Notes: generated by a model not told the origin, from the letters alone. DNA of 64,000 nucleotides from an uncultured Verrucomicrobia subdivision 3 bacterium (GCA_903884535.1 CAISEZ010000142.1:24800-88799); one strand, 5' to 3'; positions 39,103 to 48,524 are shown, numbered from the stretch's first letter. Numbers and translations: made by a program.

Positions 39103-39876
39103 ATGTGTCAAGAATGCGGCTGCGGCAATGTCGGTGGCGACGTGAAAATCGGCGCGCACTCGCCCGAACACGAACATCATCACGGTCTCGAACATGGCCA
39201 CGGTCATGCGCACGACCACGGCAAAAAAACTGTGGATCTCAACCGTTCGCTGATGGAGAAAAACGCACTGCTGGCCGAGCGCAACCGGGGATTTTTCCGC
39301 GCGAAAAAACTGCTCGTGCTAAACGTAGTTTCCTCGCCGGGTTCAGGCAAAACCACTTTCATTCGCGAAACTGCGACCCGGCTCGGCACCAGCTTGCGCG
39401 TTGGCGTGATTGTCGGCGACCTCGCCACAGACAACGACGCCGCGCGTTTGCGCACCGCCGGCATTCCTGTCGTGCAAATCACCACCGGCACGGTTTGCCA
39501 TCTGGACGCCGACATGGTGGCCAAAGCGGCGGCGCAGCTTGATCTCGATAAACTCGATGTGCTGGTCATTGAAAATGTTGGCAACCTCGTCTGCCCGGCG
39601 GACTACGATCTCGGCGAAGATTTGCGCGTAGTGTTGCTGTCCGTCACCGAAGGCGAAGACAAACCGCTGAAATATCCGCCCATGTTTCATTCGGCCCACG
39701 TCGCGGTGGTGACGAAAAGTGACCTGGCCGCCGCCGCCGGTTTCAACCGCGACCTCGCGCTGGTCAACCTCCACCGCATCAGCCATCACGCCCGCATTTT
39801 CGAATTGTCGGCCAAGACGGGCGACGGCATGAAACCGTGGCTGGATTTTTTGGCGCAGCAGCGCGCGGCGGTCTGA
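39103..39876 (+). CDS. hypB: Hydrogenase nickel-incorporation GTPase HypB with His-rich N-terminus
   Basis: ORF 38998..39876. Start at ATG 39103 (MCQECGCGN..). His-rich HSPEHEHHHGLEHGHGHAHDHG, P-loop SSPGSGKTTF, ENVGNLVCPA. Confidence 0.95.
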   Translation: MCQECGCGNVGGDVKIGAHSPEHEHHHGLEHGHGHAHDHGKKTVDLNRSLMEKNALLAERNRGFFRAKKLLVLNVVSSPGSGKTTFIRETATRLGTSLRVGVIVGDLATDNDAARLRTAGIPVVQITTGTVCHLDADMVAKAAAQLDLDKLDVLVIENVGNLVCPADYDLGEDLRVVLLSVTEGEDKPLKYPPMFHSAHVAVVTKSDLAAAAGFNRDLALVNLHRISHHARIFELSAKTGDGMKPWLDFLAQQRAAV

Positions 39877-39976
39877 CTTCCACAAAGGTTGAAAACTTGT
39901 CGTGAATTTTATTTCGCACGAATATTAATTTGCCGTTGACCTCTTGGGATCGGGTCGCGAGTATTTGCGGCATTCC

Positions 39977-41533
39977 ATGAACAATCGTCATGACAAAATT
40001 CTTTTCTGGGGCTGCTTCATTGCGCTCATTACCACCAGCTATGCGTTTATTAGCCGCATGATTTTATGCGGCGGCCAATTTAAGGCCGACTTCGGATTGG
40101 ACAACGTCGTCGCCGGCGAGTTGCAGGGCGCGGGCATCTGGTCGTTCGGCGTGAGCATTATCATTTTCAGCCTGTTCATTGATCGCATCGGCTACAAGGT
40201 GGCGATGATTTATTCCTTCGTCAGTTATCTCGCTTACACCGGGATGGCGATCGCCGCTTACAGTTGCATTCATGGCGTGACGGGCGATGCGCTGGTGGCC
40301 GGACAAAAGCACGGTTACCAATTGCTCTACTGGGGGAGCATCATCCTCGGTCTCGGCAACGGAACGGTTGAGGCTTACGCCAATCCCATTGTTTCCACGA
40401 TGTTCAACACGGACAAAGTAAAATGGCTGAACCGCCTGCACGCCGGCTGGCCGGCGGGACTCGTGATGGGCGGGCTTTGCACCATCGCGCTGGCCAACAA
40501 CGCCGACTGGCGCATCAACCTCGGTTTGATTTTGATTCCGGCCGTCACGTTTTTTCTGCTGCTCATCGGCCAGCAATTTCCAAAAAGCGAACGCGAGCAG
40601 GCCGGCGTCAGCTATCTCGCCATGCTCAAGGAACTGGGCGTCTTTGGCGCGTTCGTTGGATTTGGACTGGTGTTCGCACAGCTCGGCCAGGTGTTTGGCT
40701 GGTCGCAAACGGTCAGTTGGATTCTCACCGGTTTGGTTGTGCTCGCCTTCACCGCCATCACCAAATCCTTTGGCCGGCTGCTGCTCGCGTTTCTCATCAT
40801 CATCATGATGCCGCAGGCGACGACGGAACTCGGCACCAACGGCTGGATCACCGCGCTGATGGAAGATCCGATGAAAGCCGCCGGCTACAATTCCGCCTGG
40901 GTGCTGGTTTACACGTCGGCCATCATGCTGGTTTTGCGTTTCTGCGCCGGGCCGCTCGCCCATAAATTTTCGCCCGTTGGCCTGCTCGCGACATGTTCCG
41001 CGCTCGCAGGTTTAGGCATCCTGGCGCTTTCGCACACCGCCCACGCCGGCACTGGCACCATTTTCGCCGCCGCCACTTTGTTTGGCATCGGCATCACTTT
41101 TTTCTGGCCGACGATTCTGGGCCTGACTTCGGAGCAATGTCCGCGCGGCGGTGCGCTGACCTTGAACGCGATGGGCGGCATCGGGATGCTGGCCGTCGGC
41201 ATCCTCGGCGCGCCGTTTCTCGGTTACATGCAGGAAACCTCCACCACCCAGCAGTTGCAGGCCGCGAATCCCGCGCTCTACCAGCAGGTGACGATGAAAC
41301 AAAATTATCTGCTCGGCGCATATCAGGCCGTGGACCCGGCGAAGAGCGCCGCCGTCACCGACGCGAAATCGCAGGCCGACCTCCAGGCGGCCACGACCGC
41401 CGGCAAGTTCAGCGCGCTCGGCAAAATGGCGATGTTTCCCGCGTTCACCTTCGCCTGTTATCTCGCGCTGTTTCTGTATTTCAAATCCAAGGGCGGCTAC
41501 CGGCCGGTGCAACTGGCGGCGAAGAACGAATAG
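39977..41533 (+). CDS. MFS-type transporter (substrate unknown)
   Basis: ORF 39944..41533. ATG 39977 (MNNRHDKILFWGCF..). About 12 hydrophobic segments, 518 aa. Confidence 0.6.
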   Translation: MNNRHDKILFWGCFIALITTSYAFISRMILCGGQFKADFGLDNVVAGELQGAGIWSFGVSIIIFSLFIDRIGYKVAMIYSFVSYLAYTGMAIAAYSCIHGVTGDALVAGQKHGYQLLYWGSIILGLGNGTVEAYANPIVSTMFNTDKVKWLNRLHAGWPAGLVMGGLCTIALANNADWRINLGLILIPAVTFFLLLIGQQFPKSEREQAGVSYLAMLKELGVFGAFVGFGLVFAQLGQVFGWSQTVSWILTGLVVLAFTAITKSFGRLLLAFLIIIMMPQATTELGTNGWITALMEDPMKAAGYNSAWVLVYTSAIMLVLRFCAGPLAHKFSPVGLLATCSALAGLGILALSHTAHAGTGTIFAAATLFGIGITFFWPTILGLTSEQCPRGGALTLNAMGGIGMLAVGILGAPFLGYMQETSTTQQLQAANPALYQQVTMKQNYLLGAYQAVDPAKSAAVTDAKSQADLQAATTAGKFSALGKMAMFPAFTFACYLALFLYFKSKGGYRPVQLAAKNE

Positions 41534-41540
41534 TCGGTAG

Positions 41541-41601
41541 GGCTGACCTGCTGGTCAGCCAGCCGGCGGCGCAGCAGCGCCGCCCCCCAAGACGCGTCTT
41601 G
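41541..41601. repeat. Cluster of three GC-rich hairpins between convergent genes (REP-like)
   Basis: GGCTGACC-TGCT-GGTCAGCC (41541..41560), GGCGGCGC-AGCA-GCGCCGCC (41565..41584) and palindrome CAAGACGCGTCTTG (41588..41601). The first motif recurs at 60075..60094 and, degenerate, at 46523..46544. Confidence 0.8.
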
Positions 41602-41603
41602 AT

Positions 41604-42434
41604 TTACGCAGATGGCGGCAGCGGGCGCTGACCCAGTTGCCGCCATTTTTTTTCTTCGTGGAGAAAGATGAGCCACGAATTATTTTTGGCGAGGACTTCG
41701 GCGATTTCACTTTCGCTCAAAACCATCGCCGCCGTCGAAAGCGCATCCGATTCAGCGGCGGAATCGGCCAGCGCCCAGGCGCGATTTTGCCGCCGCGCCG
41801 GCTGGCCGGTGCGCGGATCCAAAATATGTTTTCCCTTCACCGCCAGGCCGGAGCCGCTCAGCGAAATATTTTTTAGCCAGTAACGCTGCGGGGAATTATC
41901 GTCGCCCAAGCCGCAAGACCAGCCGGCGGTTTCCGCAGGCGCATCGCCGGCGAGAATGCTGCTGCCGCCGGCGACGAGCAGAAACGCCGGACATTCCCAC
42001 TCGCGCAAAACGTCCGCCATGCGATCCAGTGCAAAACCTTTGCCGATCGCGCCGAGATCGAACCCCAATTTCCCGCTATCGCAACGGATGGAAAATTCGT
42101 TTGGTAGCAACGACCAGAGCGGTCGCGTGGGCTGGTTTTTCAGCGCCGCCGCCGTCACGGAAAAAGCGCCGCGCGAGGCGAACTCCAGCCGCTGCGCGAT
42201 TTGCAAACATGCGAACACCGGTTCGCAGACCCGAAGTTTTTCGCCGGGCGCGAGCTGGGCCAGTTGCGTGATGTCGCTGTTCGCCCGGAAACGGCTTAAC
42301 TGCGCTTCCAATTCATCGGTGAGCGCGAACGCTGCCTGCGCGGCCTGCGCGGCGTAAGTTTTTTCCTCGGCGGCGATGCGCACCTGAAATTGCGTCGCCA
42401 TCGCGTGATGGTTGAAGACGTTAATCTCACTCAT
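41604..42434 (-). CDS. apbE: FAD:protein FMN transferase (ApbE family)
   Basis: ORF 41604..42671. Start at ATG 42434 (MSEINVFNHHAMATQFQVRI..), ATGA-overlapping the upstream stop. GAIGKGFALD motif. Confidence 0.8.
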   Translation of the reverse strand: MSEINVFNHHAMATQFQVRIAAEEKTYAAQAAQAAFALTDELEAQLSRFRANSDITQLAQLAPGEKLRVCEPVFACLQIAQRLEFASRGAFSVTAAALKNQPTRPLWSLLPNEFSIRCDSGKLGFDLGAIGKGFALDRMADVLREWECPAFLLVAGGSSILAGDAPAETAGWSCGLGDDNSPQRYWLKNISLSGSGLAVKGKHILDPRTGQPARRQNRAWALADSAAESDALSTAAMVLSESEIAEVLAKNNSWLIFLHEEKKWRQLGQRPLPPSA

Positions 42435-43933
42435 GGCTGCATTGAAGGGAGCAACACCTCCGCCGCCTTTTTCTCCGGCAACGGCGTCCACAAAATCAGC
42501 AGCACATTCGGCCGCCAGCCAAAAAATTCCGGCTGAAAACTTTTTAGGCGTTCGGCCAATTTTCCGGCCACGTCCGTGGTCGTGATGAAAAAATCCGCAT
42601 TGCCGGTTTCCTGGTTCGGCTGCCAAAAACCAACCTGCGAGAATTTCCGCAGATACCACGGCAGCGGCCACGCGTCGGCTGCGACCACGGCGATACGCGG
42701 GCTGGAAAGTTTTCCGGGCTGCGCCAGTTCCCGCAAGCGCGCCGGCAACCGCAGTAAATCTTCGCTGGTGTGTGCGTAAGCCAGCGGATTTTTTTCATCC
42801 GCCGGCTGATCAAACGCTAGCACTTTGGTTTGCGTTCCCAATTTCGCCAACAAAATGGCCAGTGCGATGGCCATGCCCCAGCGCGCGGCCGGACTTTTGA
42901 TGTGTTCCCAAAACGCCTGCACGCCAAAACCGCAAATCAGCGCCAGCGGCAACCAGAGATTCAACGCCAGCCACGGCGTTTTATAAGGAATGGCGGAGTA
43001 AATCACGAAAACCGCCAGCCCATAAACAATCAGCAACAGACTGGTCTTGCGCGTGCTGCCAACGGCTTCGCAAATCGCGCCATAGACGCCGGCGGCGGCC
43101 ACGAACGACAAAACGAACATCGGGTCCAGCAGATAAAAATAATAGCCGAACGGTTTTTCATGGCCTTCGCCGCCGGCGCGGGCGACGAGACGCGGGACGG
43201 CGTGGTTCAAATCGGTGAACACGGACCAATTGCGTCCAAACCAGGTGAACAAAATCATCACCGTGAAAAGAAATGCAACCAGTGTCGTCGCCAGGATTTT
43301 CGGCGCGGGAAGTTTTTCGCGCGGCTGCAGCCACCAACCGCAAAGTAGCGCCACGCCCAACGCAACGAAATGGATGATCGCGGTTTCCTTGCACGCCAGC
43401 ATCAGCCCGGCACAACCACCAGCGAGCGCGGCAAAGCCAAGCGAGTTATTTTTGCACGCGCGCCAGCCGGATAGAATAAATCCGAACGTCGCGGCGACAA
43501 ACAATGTTTCATGGATAAAATAGCGGCTGTAATAAACCGGCAGCGGCGCAACGGCGAACAGGATGGCGGCGACCAGACACGCAATAAAACCGAACATCTC
43601 CACGCCAGCGCCAAACATCAAAACCGTCACCACGCCGGTCAAAACAGGCACCAGACGGAGTTGAACCTCGGTCAGGTCGGCGAATTGTTTCGCACCGAAC
43701 AGCCGGGCGGCGGGCAAGGTTTCGGCGGCGAGGGCTGGGCCATGGCGATCCTGCGGGTCGTAGTGAAATTTTTCTCCGCCGAGCAACTGGCCGACAATAT
43801 ACGCGTTGATGGATTCGTCGGTGTGCATCGGCCGGACGCCGAGTTGCGGCAGACGGACGGCCAGGGCGAGCAGCGCCAGGGCGAAAAAAATCGCCCAGCG
43901 AAATTTAGGCGGCAGGTTTGCCAAACACTTCAA
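42431..43933 (-). CDS. GT39/ArnT-like polytopic membrane glycosyltransferase (TIGR03663-like)
   Basis: 500 aa with about 11 TM segments. N-terminal RLPQLGVRPMHTDESINAY resembles the D-E-x motif loop of GT-C enzymes. Confidence 0.6.
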   Translation of the reverse strand: MKCLANLPPKFRWAIFFALALLALAVRLPQLGVRPMHTDESINAYIVGQLLGGEKFHYDPQDRHGPALAAETLPAARLFGAKQFADLTEVQLRLVPVLTGVVTVLMFGAGVEMFGFIACLVAAILFAVAPLPVYYSRYFIHETLFVAATFGFILSGWRACKNNSLGFAALAGGCAGLMLACKETAIIHFVALGVALLCGWWLQPREKLPAPKILATTLVAFLFTVMILFTWFGRNWSVFTDLNHAVPRLVARAGGEGHEKPFGYYFYLLDPMFVLSFVAAAGVYGAICEAVGSTRKTSLLLIVYGLAVFVIYSAIPYKTPWLALNLWLPLALICGFGVQAFWEHIKSPAARWGMAIALAILLAKLGTQTKVLAFDQPADEKNPLAYAHTSEDLLRLPARLRELAQPGKLSSPRIAVVAADAWPLPWYLRKFSQVGFWQPNQETGNADFFITTTDVAGKLAERLKSFQPEFFGWRPNVLLILWTPLPEKKAAEVLLPSMQP

Positions 43934-44564
43934 CCTCGATGTAGTGGTTCAGTTTATTGGTCGTGTTGCCCTTGCTGTAGAGCCGGACATAACGGCCTGT
44001 GACACCTTTGGCATCAATCAATTTGCCTTGATAGCTTTCGATGTAGGGCCGGTCGGTGCCGGCGCCGAGGCCGAGTTCGTTCGCGGTGTCGGCGTTGAAA
44101 ATGGTTTTCACATCCTTGGCGAAATCCTTATCGTCGGAAACCTGCACGACGATGTCGAAATAAACCCGTTCCTGCGAGTGGAAATGCCAGACCATCACGG
44201 CGGAAATATCGGCATCTTTTTCCAGATCAATCTGCACCCACTGTTTGCCGGGGCCGAGTTCGACCCACGAACCTTCGTCGCCTTCCTTGTCGCCGTCGGT
44301 GACGAGGTCGAGCGTGCCGACCACCGGGTCATTGTCGCTCGCAGAAACCTTTTTACCCTTGGCAAGATTCACCGTGCCGGCGGGCACCAGGAAGTTCGGG
44401 CGCTGGCCCTTTTGCGCCGGCTCGAGATTCGGCACTTTGATCGCCACCGGCGTGCCCACAAATAGCGGCTTGGGCAGGTCGGTTTTGAGCGGCACCAGAT
44501 CGGCGGCGAACGCGGCGGTGACGGCGAGCAACACGGTGGCAATGGACAACTGCATTTTATTCAT
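43905..44564 (-). CDS. Secreted discoidin (F5/8 type C)-like domain protein
   Basis: 219 aa with signal peptide MNKMQLSIATVLLAVTAAFA. ..WVELGPGKQWVQIDLEKDADISAVMVWH..GRYVRLYSKGN.. is the pattern typical of galactose-binding-like domains. Confidence 0.55.
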   Translation of the reverse strand: MNKMQLSIATVLLAVTAAFAADLVPLKTDLPKPLFVGTPVAIKVPNLEPAQKGQRPNFLVPAGTVNLAKGKKVSASDNDPVVGTLDLVTDGDKEGDEGSWVELGPGKQWVQIDLEKDADISAVMVWHFHSQERVYFDIVVQVSDDKDFAKDVKTIFNADTANELGLGAGTDRPYIESYQGKLIDAKGVTGRYVRLYSKGNTTNKLNHYIEVEVFGKPAA

Positions 44565-44575
44565 AGGAGATCAAT

Positions 44576-45904
44576 TCAAGCTTCGGTTTCTTCGGGAGTG
44601 ATGGCAATCAATTTCCGTTCGGTCGCGGCTTCGTTGGCCTTGTGGATGACGTATTCGCTGGAAAACGCCTCGTCGCCGGGGCAGTTCAATTTTCCTTTGC
44701 CGTTGATGGCGTGGAAAAAATTCTCCAGATGCGGCATGTGCGGCGGCTTGTTGAACGACACGGGGATTTCAAACTCCGCGAGCTGGGCCGTTTCACGCAC
44801 GTCCACCTTCGCGGCGTCGGCCGGCACGGCGGGCGCGGCCTTGGCGCGGATGTAATTCTTCTGGATGATGTCGTCCCACGACGGCGCGCGGGCTTCGCGA
44901 TAAATCGCCGACAGAATCGGATTCTCCGACATCTTGAGCGAACCTTCGTCGCCCATGAAATACTCGAAATAACCGCCGCCGGCGCTCGTCGTGGTCTGCA
45001 CTTGGTAAAACGCACGGGCCACGCCGTCGGGCAGCGGGTATTCGTAAACCACCATGGCGTTGTCGAACCATTCGTGGTTTTTGTAGTAGTCCAAACCAGC
45101 GCTGGCAAACACCGAGGTCGGCTTCACGCCGAACCACCAGTTGAAAATGTCAATCTGGTGCGCACCCAAATCCGACAGCGGGCCGCCGCCGAGATTTTTG
45201 AACCAGCGCCAATTGCGGAACTGGTGCATGTCGGTGAAACCGTATTTGGCGAGCTGTTCCGGCGGCATCGCGGCCTTTTTCGGAAAACCGAAATCTTCCG
45301 TCACCGCGCGGTTCCACTGCGCCTGCGCGGCGGTGAGTCGGCCGCAAATCTTCGCGTCGCGCACGAGCCGGTTGAGTGCAAACAGGTAGCGCGGATTGCT
45401 CCGGCGCTGGTGGCCGATCTGCAGCAGCTTGCCGGTTTCCTGCATCGTCTTGACCATCGAGCGCGCACCTTCGATGGTGTTGCTCATCATCTTTTCGCAA
45501 TAAACGTGCAGGCCCGCCTTCAAGCAGGCGTTGGTGATCGGCGCGTGCCAGAAATCCGGCGTTGCCACCACGACCGCCTGCAAATCTTTTTCGTGCGCGA
45601 GCAGGTCTTCGAAGTTTTCGTAGGCGCGGATTTCTGCGCCCATTTTTTTGAGGTAGCGTTCGCCGTAGGTGCGGGCGTAATCCCAAATGTCCACTATCGC
45701 CACGAGATGGATGCTGTCTATTTTCAGCAGCGACTCCAGCAGCACGCGGCCCTGCGCGCCGAAGCCGATGAGCGCAATGTTGATCTTGCTGTTCGCGGAT
45801 TTGGCCTGGCCGAAAACTTTGGCGCCGGACGCGAGCATCAAGCCCGTGCCGACGGCAGCCGTCGTGCCGATAAACTCGCGGCGGGTAATGGTGGGCTTTA
45901 CCAT
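44576..45904 (-). CDS. Gfo/Idh/MocA-family oxidoreductase with twin-arginine signal peptide
   Basis: ORF 44576..45982. Start at ATG 45904 (MVKPTITRREFIGTTAAVGTGLMLA = TAT motif). Rossmann INIALIGFGAQGRVLLESL. Confidence 0.8.
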   Translation of the reverse strand: MVKPTITRREFIGTTAAVGTGLMLASGAKVFGQAKSANSKINIALIGFGAQGRVLLESLLKIDSIHLVAIVDIWDYARTYGERYLKKMGAEIRAYENFEDLLAHEKDLQAVVVATPDFWHAPITNACLKAGLHVYCEKMMSNTIEGARSMVKTMQETGKLLQIGHQRRSNPRYLFALNRLVRDAKICGRLTAAQAQWNRAVTEDFGFPKKAAMPPEQLAKYGFTDMHQFRNWRWFKNLGGGPLSDLGAHQIDIFNWWFGVKPTSVFASAGLDYYKNHEWFDNAMVVYEYPLPDGVARAFYQVQTTTSAGGGYFEYFMGDEGSLKMSENPILSAIYREARAPSWDDIIQKNYIRAKAAPAVPADAAKVDVRETAQLAEFEIPVSFNKPPHMPHLENFFHAINGKGKLNCPGDEAFSSEYVIHKANEAATERKLIAITPEETEA

Positions 45905-46440
45905 TTTTTGAGGAGGGCGAGTTTGTTGTGTTTCGCCAGCATCAGCGCAAATGCGACGAGCGCCACATGGATGCCCAGCCACGAAATGCCATCGTCCTGC
46001 TTGATCAAAATCAGCCCGACCGTCAGCGCGACGTAGATCATACCTTGCGTGAACAGCGCCAGCCGCGTGCCCAACCCGAGCAGTAGCATGATGCCCGTAG
46101 CGATCAGCGTCGGCCCCAGCAGATGGTCAAACATCCCCAGCAGCGAATGCGGCAGCAACGGCTCGTTGGCGAACTTGTCCTTCAGTGGCGCGGGAATGCC
46201 GGAATAATTCGTGAGTGAATAAAATTTTATTTTCACGTCCACCATCGCGCCGCTCGGATCTTCCATGCCGGTGGTCGGATCAATCAACGGTTTCTGGATG
46301 GTTTTGTAGGTGCCGAATTTTTCGATGCCGGTCAGGATCGCACGCACCGCCAGCCACAGGCGCAGCACTAGAAAAGCGAGCGAATAATCGCAGTTGCAGC
46401 TTTCGTCGCCATCATTTTTATTTTCGTTGGCATCACTCAT
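45898..46440 (-). CDS. DoxX-like integral membrane protein
   Basis: 180 aa with four hydrophobic segments. 7-nt overlap with the downstream oxidoreductase gene. Family assignment is from memory of DoxX-type topology. Confidence 0.5.
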   Translation of the reverse strand: MSDANENKNDGDESCNCDYSLAFLVLRLWLAVRAILTGIEKFGTYKTIQKPLIDPTTGMEDPSGAMVDVKIKFYSLTNYSGIPAPLKDKFANEPLLPHSLLGMFDHLLGPTLIATGIMLLLGLGTRLALFTQGMIYVALTVGLILIKQDDGISWLGIHVALVAFALMLAKHNKLALLKKW

Positions 46441-46522
46441 GTTGGGCCAGATTTAATCCGAACTGAATCCGTAAAGCAATTTGAAAAGCGTAACAATTCT
46501 TGTGCATTTGTAGCCCGAAGCC

Positions 46523-46544
46523 GGATGACCTGCGGGACCAAGCC
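46523..46544. repeat. Degenerate copy of the GGYTGACC-TGCK-GGTCAGCC hairpin motif
   Basis: GGATGACCTGCGGGACCAAGCC in the divergent intergenic region. Confidence 0.4.
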
Positions 46545-46646
46545 AATGACGCAGGACGAAGTGACGCGGTTTCATTTTATTTTTTCAAGCGCGCTTGACC
46601 TGCCCCCGCCGCTTGGCAACATGGCTGGACACAATTTCATTTATTT

Positions 46647-47693
46647 ATGCCAAGAACCGTCACCCTTTTCACCGGCCAATGGGCCGATCTGCCACTCGCC
46701 GAACTGTTGCCGCTCGCCAGAAAAATGGGCTACGACGGCGTGGAACTCGCCTGCTGGGGCGACCATTTTGAAGTGGACCGCGCGCTGGCCGAACCGGATT
46801 ACTGCAAAAAAAAATGGGCACTGCTCGCCAAGCATGGCTTGTCATGCTACGCCATTTCCAGCCACCTCGTCGGCCAGGCCGTATGCGATTTGATTGACGA
46901 ACGGCACCAGGCGATTTTGCCTGCCGATGTCTGGGGCGACGGAAAACCGGAAGGCGTCCGCCAGCGCGCCGCCGAAAAAATGAAAGTCACCGCCCGTGCC
47001 GCGCGAAAGTTTTTCAACGCGGCGCCCGCAATGCAAAAGGGTGGCTGTCCGCAAGGACCCGCCGTAGTGAATGGCTTCACCGGCTCCAGCATCTGGCACG
47101 CGCTTTACGCGTTCCCACCGACGAGCCAGGAATTTCTCGAACGCGGCTTCAAAGATTTCGCCAAACGCTGGCTGCCAATTCTGGATGTTTTTGAAAAAGA
47201 AAATGTCAACTTTGCGCTCGAAGTGCATCCGACGGAAATCGCCTTCGACATCGCCTCGGCCCAACGCGCGCTGGCCGCGGTCAACAACCATCCGCGTTTT
47301 GGTTTCAATTACGACCCGTCGCACCTCGGCTATCAGGGCGTAGATTATGTGAAGTTTATCCGCACATTTCCCGACCGCATTTTTCACGCGCACATGAAGG
47401 ATGTCTGGTGGGGACACGGCGACGGCACGGTCGGCGTGTTCGGCGGCCACACGGATTTCACGGACGCGCGCCGCTTCTGGGATTTTCGCTCGCTCGGCCA
47501 CGGCGATATTAAATTTGAAGATATCATCGTTGCGCTGAACGACGTCGGCTACCACGGTCCGCTGTCAGTGGAATGGGAGGACGGCCGCATGGACCGAATC
47601 CACGGCGCGACGGAAAGCAGCGCGTTCGTGCGCAAACTGGATTTCACGCCGAACCAGGCGGCGTTTGACGCGGCGTTTGCCCGGAAAAAATAA
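46647..47693 (+). CDS. Sugar phosphate isomerase/epimerase (xylose-isomerase-like TIM barrel)
   Basis: 348 aa. ..[21 protein letters not shown].., ..[14 protein letters not shown].., ..HAHMKDV.. motifs typical of the AP-endonuclease-2/xylose isomerase-like fold. Confidence 0.7.
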   Translation: MPRTVTLFTGQWADLPLAELLPLARKMGYDGVELACWGDHFEVDRALAEPDYCKKKWALLAKHGLSCYAISSHLVGQAVCDLIDERHQAILPADVWGDGKPEGVRQRAAEKMKVTARAARKFFNAAPAMQKGGCPQGPAVVNGFTGSSIWHALYAFPPTSQEFLERGFKDFAKRWLPILDVFEKENVNFALEVHPTEIAFDIASAQRALAAVNNHPRFGFNYDPSHLGYQGVDYVKFIRTFPDRIFHAHMKDVWWGHGDGTVGVFGGHTDFTDARRFWDFRSLGHGDIKFEDIIVALNDVGYHGPLSVEWEDGRMDRIHGATESSAFVRKLDFTPNQAAFDAAFARKK

Positions 47694-47699
47694 TTCAGT

Positions 47700-48200
47700 T
47701 CAAGCCGCACGCAGCCAGCTTTTCATATTGGGATAGGGAACGGCGCCGATTTCCCGGGCTTGTTTCTCATCATAAGTCATGCCGAGCCATTGCAGCATTG
47801 GCACCCCCAGAAAGCGTCCGGCCGCAAAATTTTCGAGGAGCGATAGCGAGCCACCACGATAGCCAGCCGCATGAAACACCACTTCAGGTGGAAGCTGCAG
47901 ATGCAGGATTGCCGCGTAAGACCAGCCGATGGCCATCATTTCTTCCGCCGGATCACTGCCCAAGTTGGCACCGGCCAGCTTTCGGTCGGCCGGCAACTTG
48001 ACCGCAAGGTGTCCGGCTTCGTGCAACAGGTCGCCCGGAAATTGCAGCTTGGCCGGATCGTAAAACAGAACGCCTTGATCCACCTTGATTCCGGGCAAAA
48101 TCACGTCGCCGGCAATGCCAGCCGCCCGCACCTCCAGGCCGATCTCGCGGAGAAACGCGACAATTTTTTCCGTCACTTCCGGGTTGGATGCTGGAGTCAT
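47700..48200 (-). CDS. Hypothetical protein with a single HExxH motif (possible small zinc metallopeptidase-like protein)
   Basis: ORF 47700..48332. Start preferred at ATG 48200 (MTPASNPEV..), giving 166 aa. Motif LLHEAGHLAV. Confidence 0.4.
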   Translation of the reverse strand: MTPASNPEVTEKIVAFLREIGLEVRAAGIAGDVILPGIKVDQGVLFYDPAKLQFPGDLLHEAGHLAVKLPADRKLAGANLGSDPAEEMMAIGWSYAAILHLQLPPEVVFHAAGYRGGSLSLLENFAAGRFLGVPMLQWLGMTYDEKQAREIGAVPYPNMKSWLRAA

Positions 48201-48302
48201 GGCGGGGCTTTGAGTAGCAATGAATTCGAGATTTGCCAAGGCGCAATGTGCCGGCGGGCGGGGCTTGCAATGCCGCTGGCGGCGATTCAGAATCCTCCGC
48301 GA

Positions 48303-48524
48303 ATGACGATCCTCGACGATGAGCGCCAGCAATTGATGCGGTTCCGCGATTTAGTGCTGGCCGAACCGGAACTACACGCCCGGCTGCGCGCCGCGGCCAA
48401 TCAACAGGATTTCATCGCGCTCACCGTTCAACTCGGCGCGGAACGTGGCTGTATTTTCTCGGCGGCGACGGTGGAAACCTCCGTGCGCGAGCAACGCCAG
48501 GCCTGGCTGGAAAGGTGGCTATGA
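48303..48524 (+). CDS. Small Nif11-domain-like protein (73 aa)
   Basis: C-terminal part of ORF 47871..48524. ATG at 48303 (alternative 48270). LMRFRDLVLAEPELHARLRAAANQQDFIALTVQLGAERGCIFSAATVE fits the Nif11 pattern as I recall it. Its stop overlaps the next gene's ATG (ATGA). Confidence 0.45.
   Translation: MTILDDERQQLMRFRDLVLAEPELHARLRAAANQQDFIALTVQLGAERGCIFSAATVETSVREQRQAWLERWL

Noticed and set aside
44642-46036. 464-aa plus-strand ORF over the Gfo/Idh/MocA and DoxX genes
   Set aside because: Antisense shadow ORF. It spans two real genes and their junction, and no recognisable domain is present.
48303-48524. Calling the Nif11-like 73-aa protein a bona fide RiPP precursor
   Set aside because: No Gly-Gly (or similar) leader-cleavage motif and no Cys/Ser/Thr-rich core follow the Nif11-like region. 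No C39 peptidase-transporter, lanthipeptide synthetase or cyclodehydratase gene is nearby. I keep it only as a hypothesis within the cassette finding.
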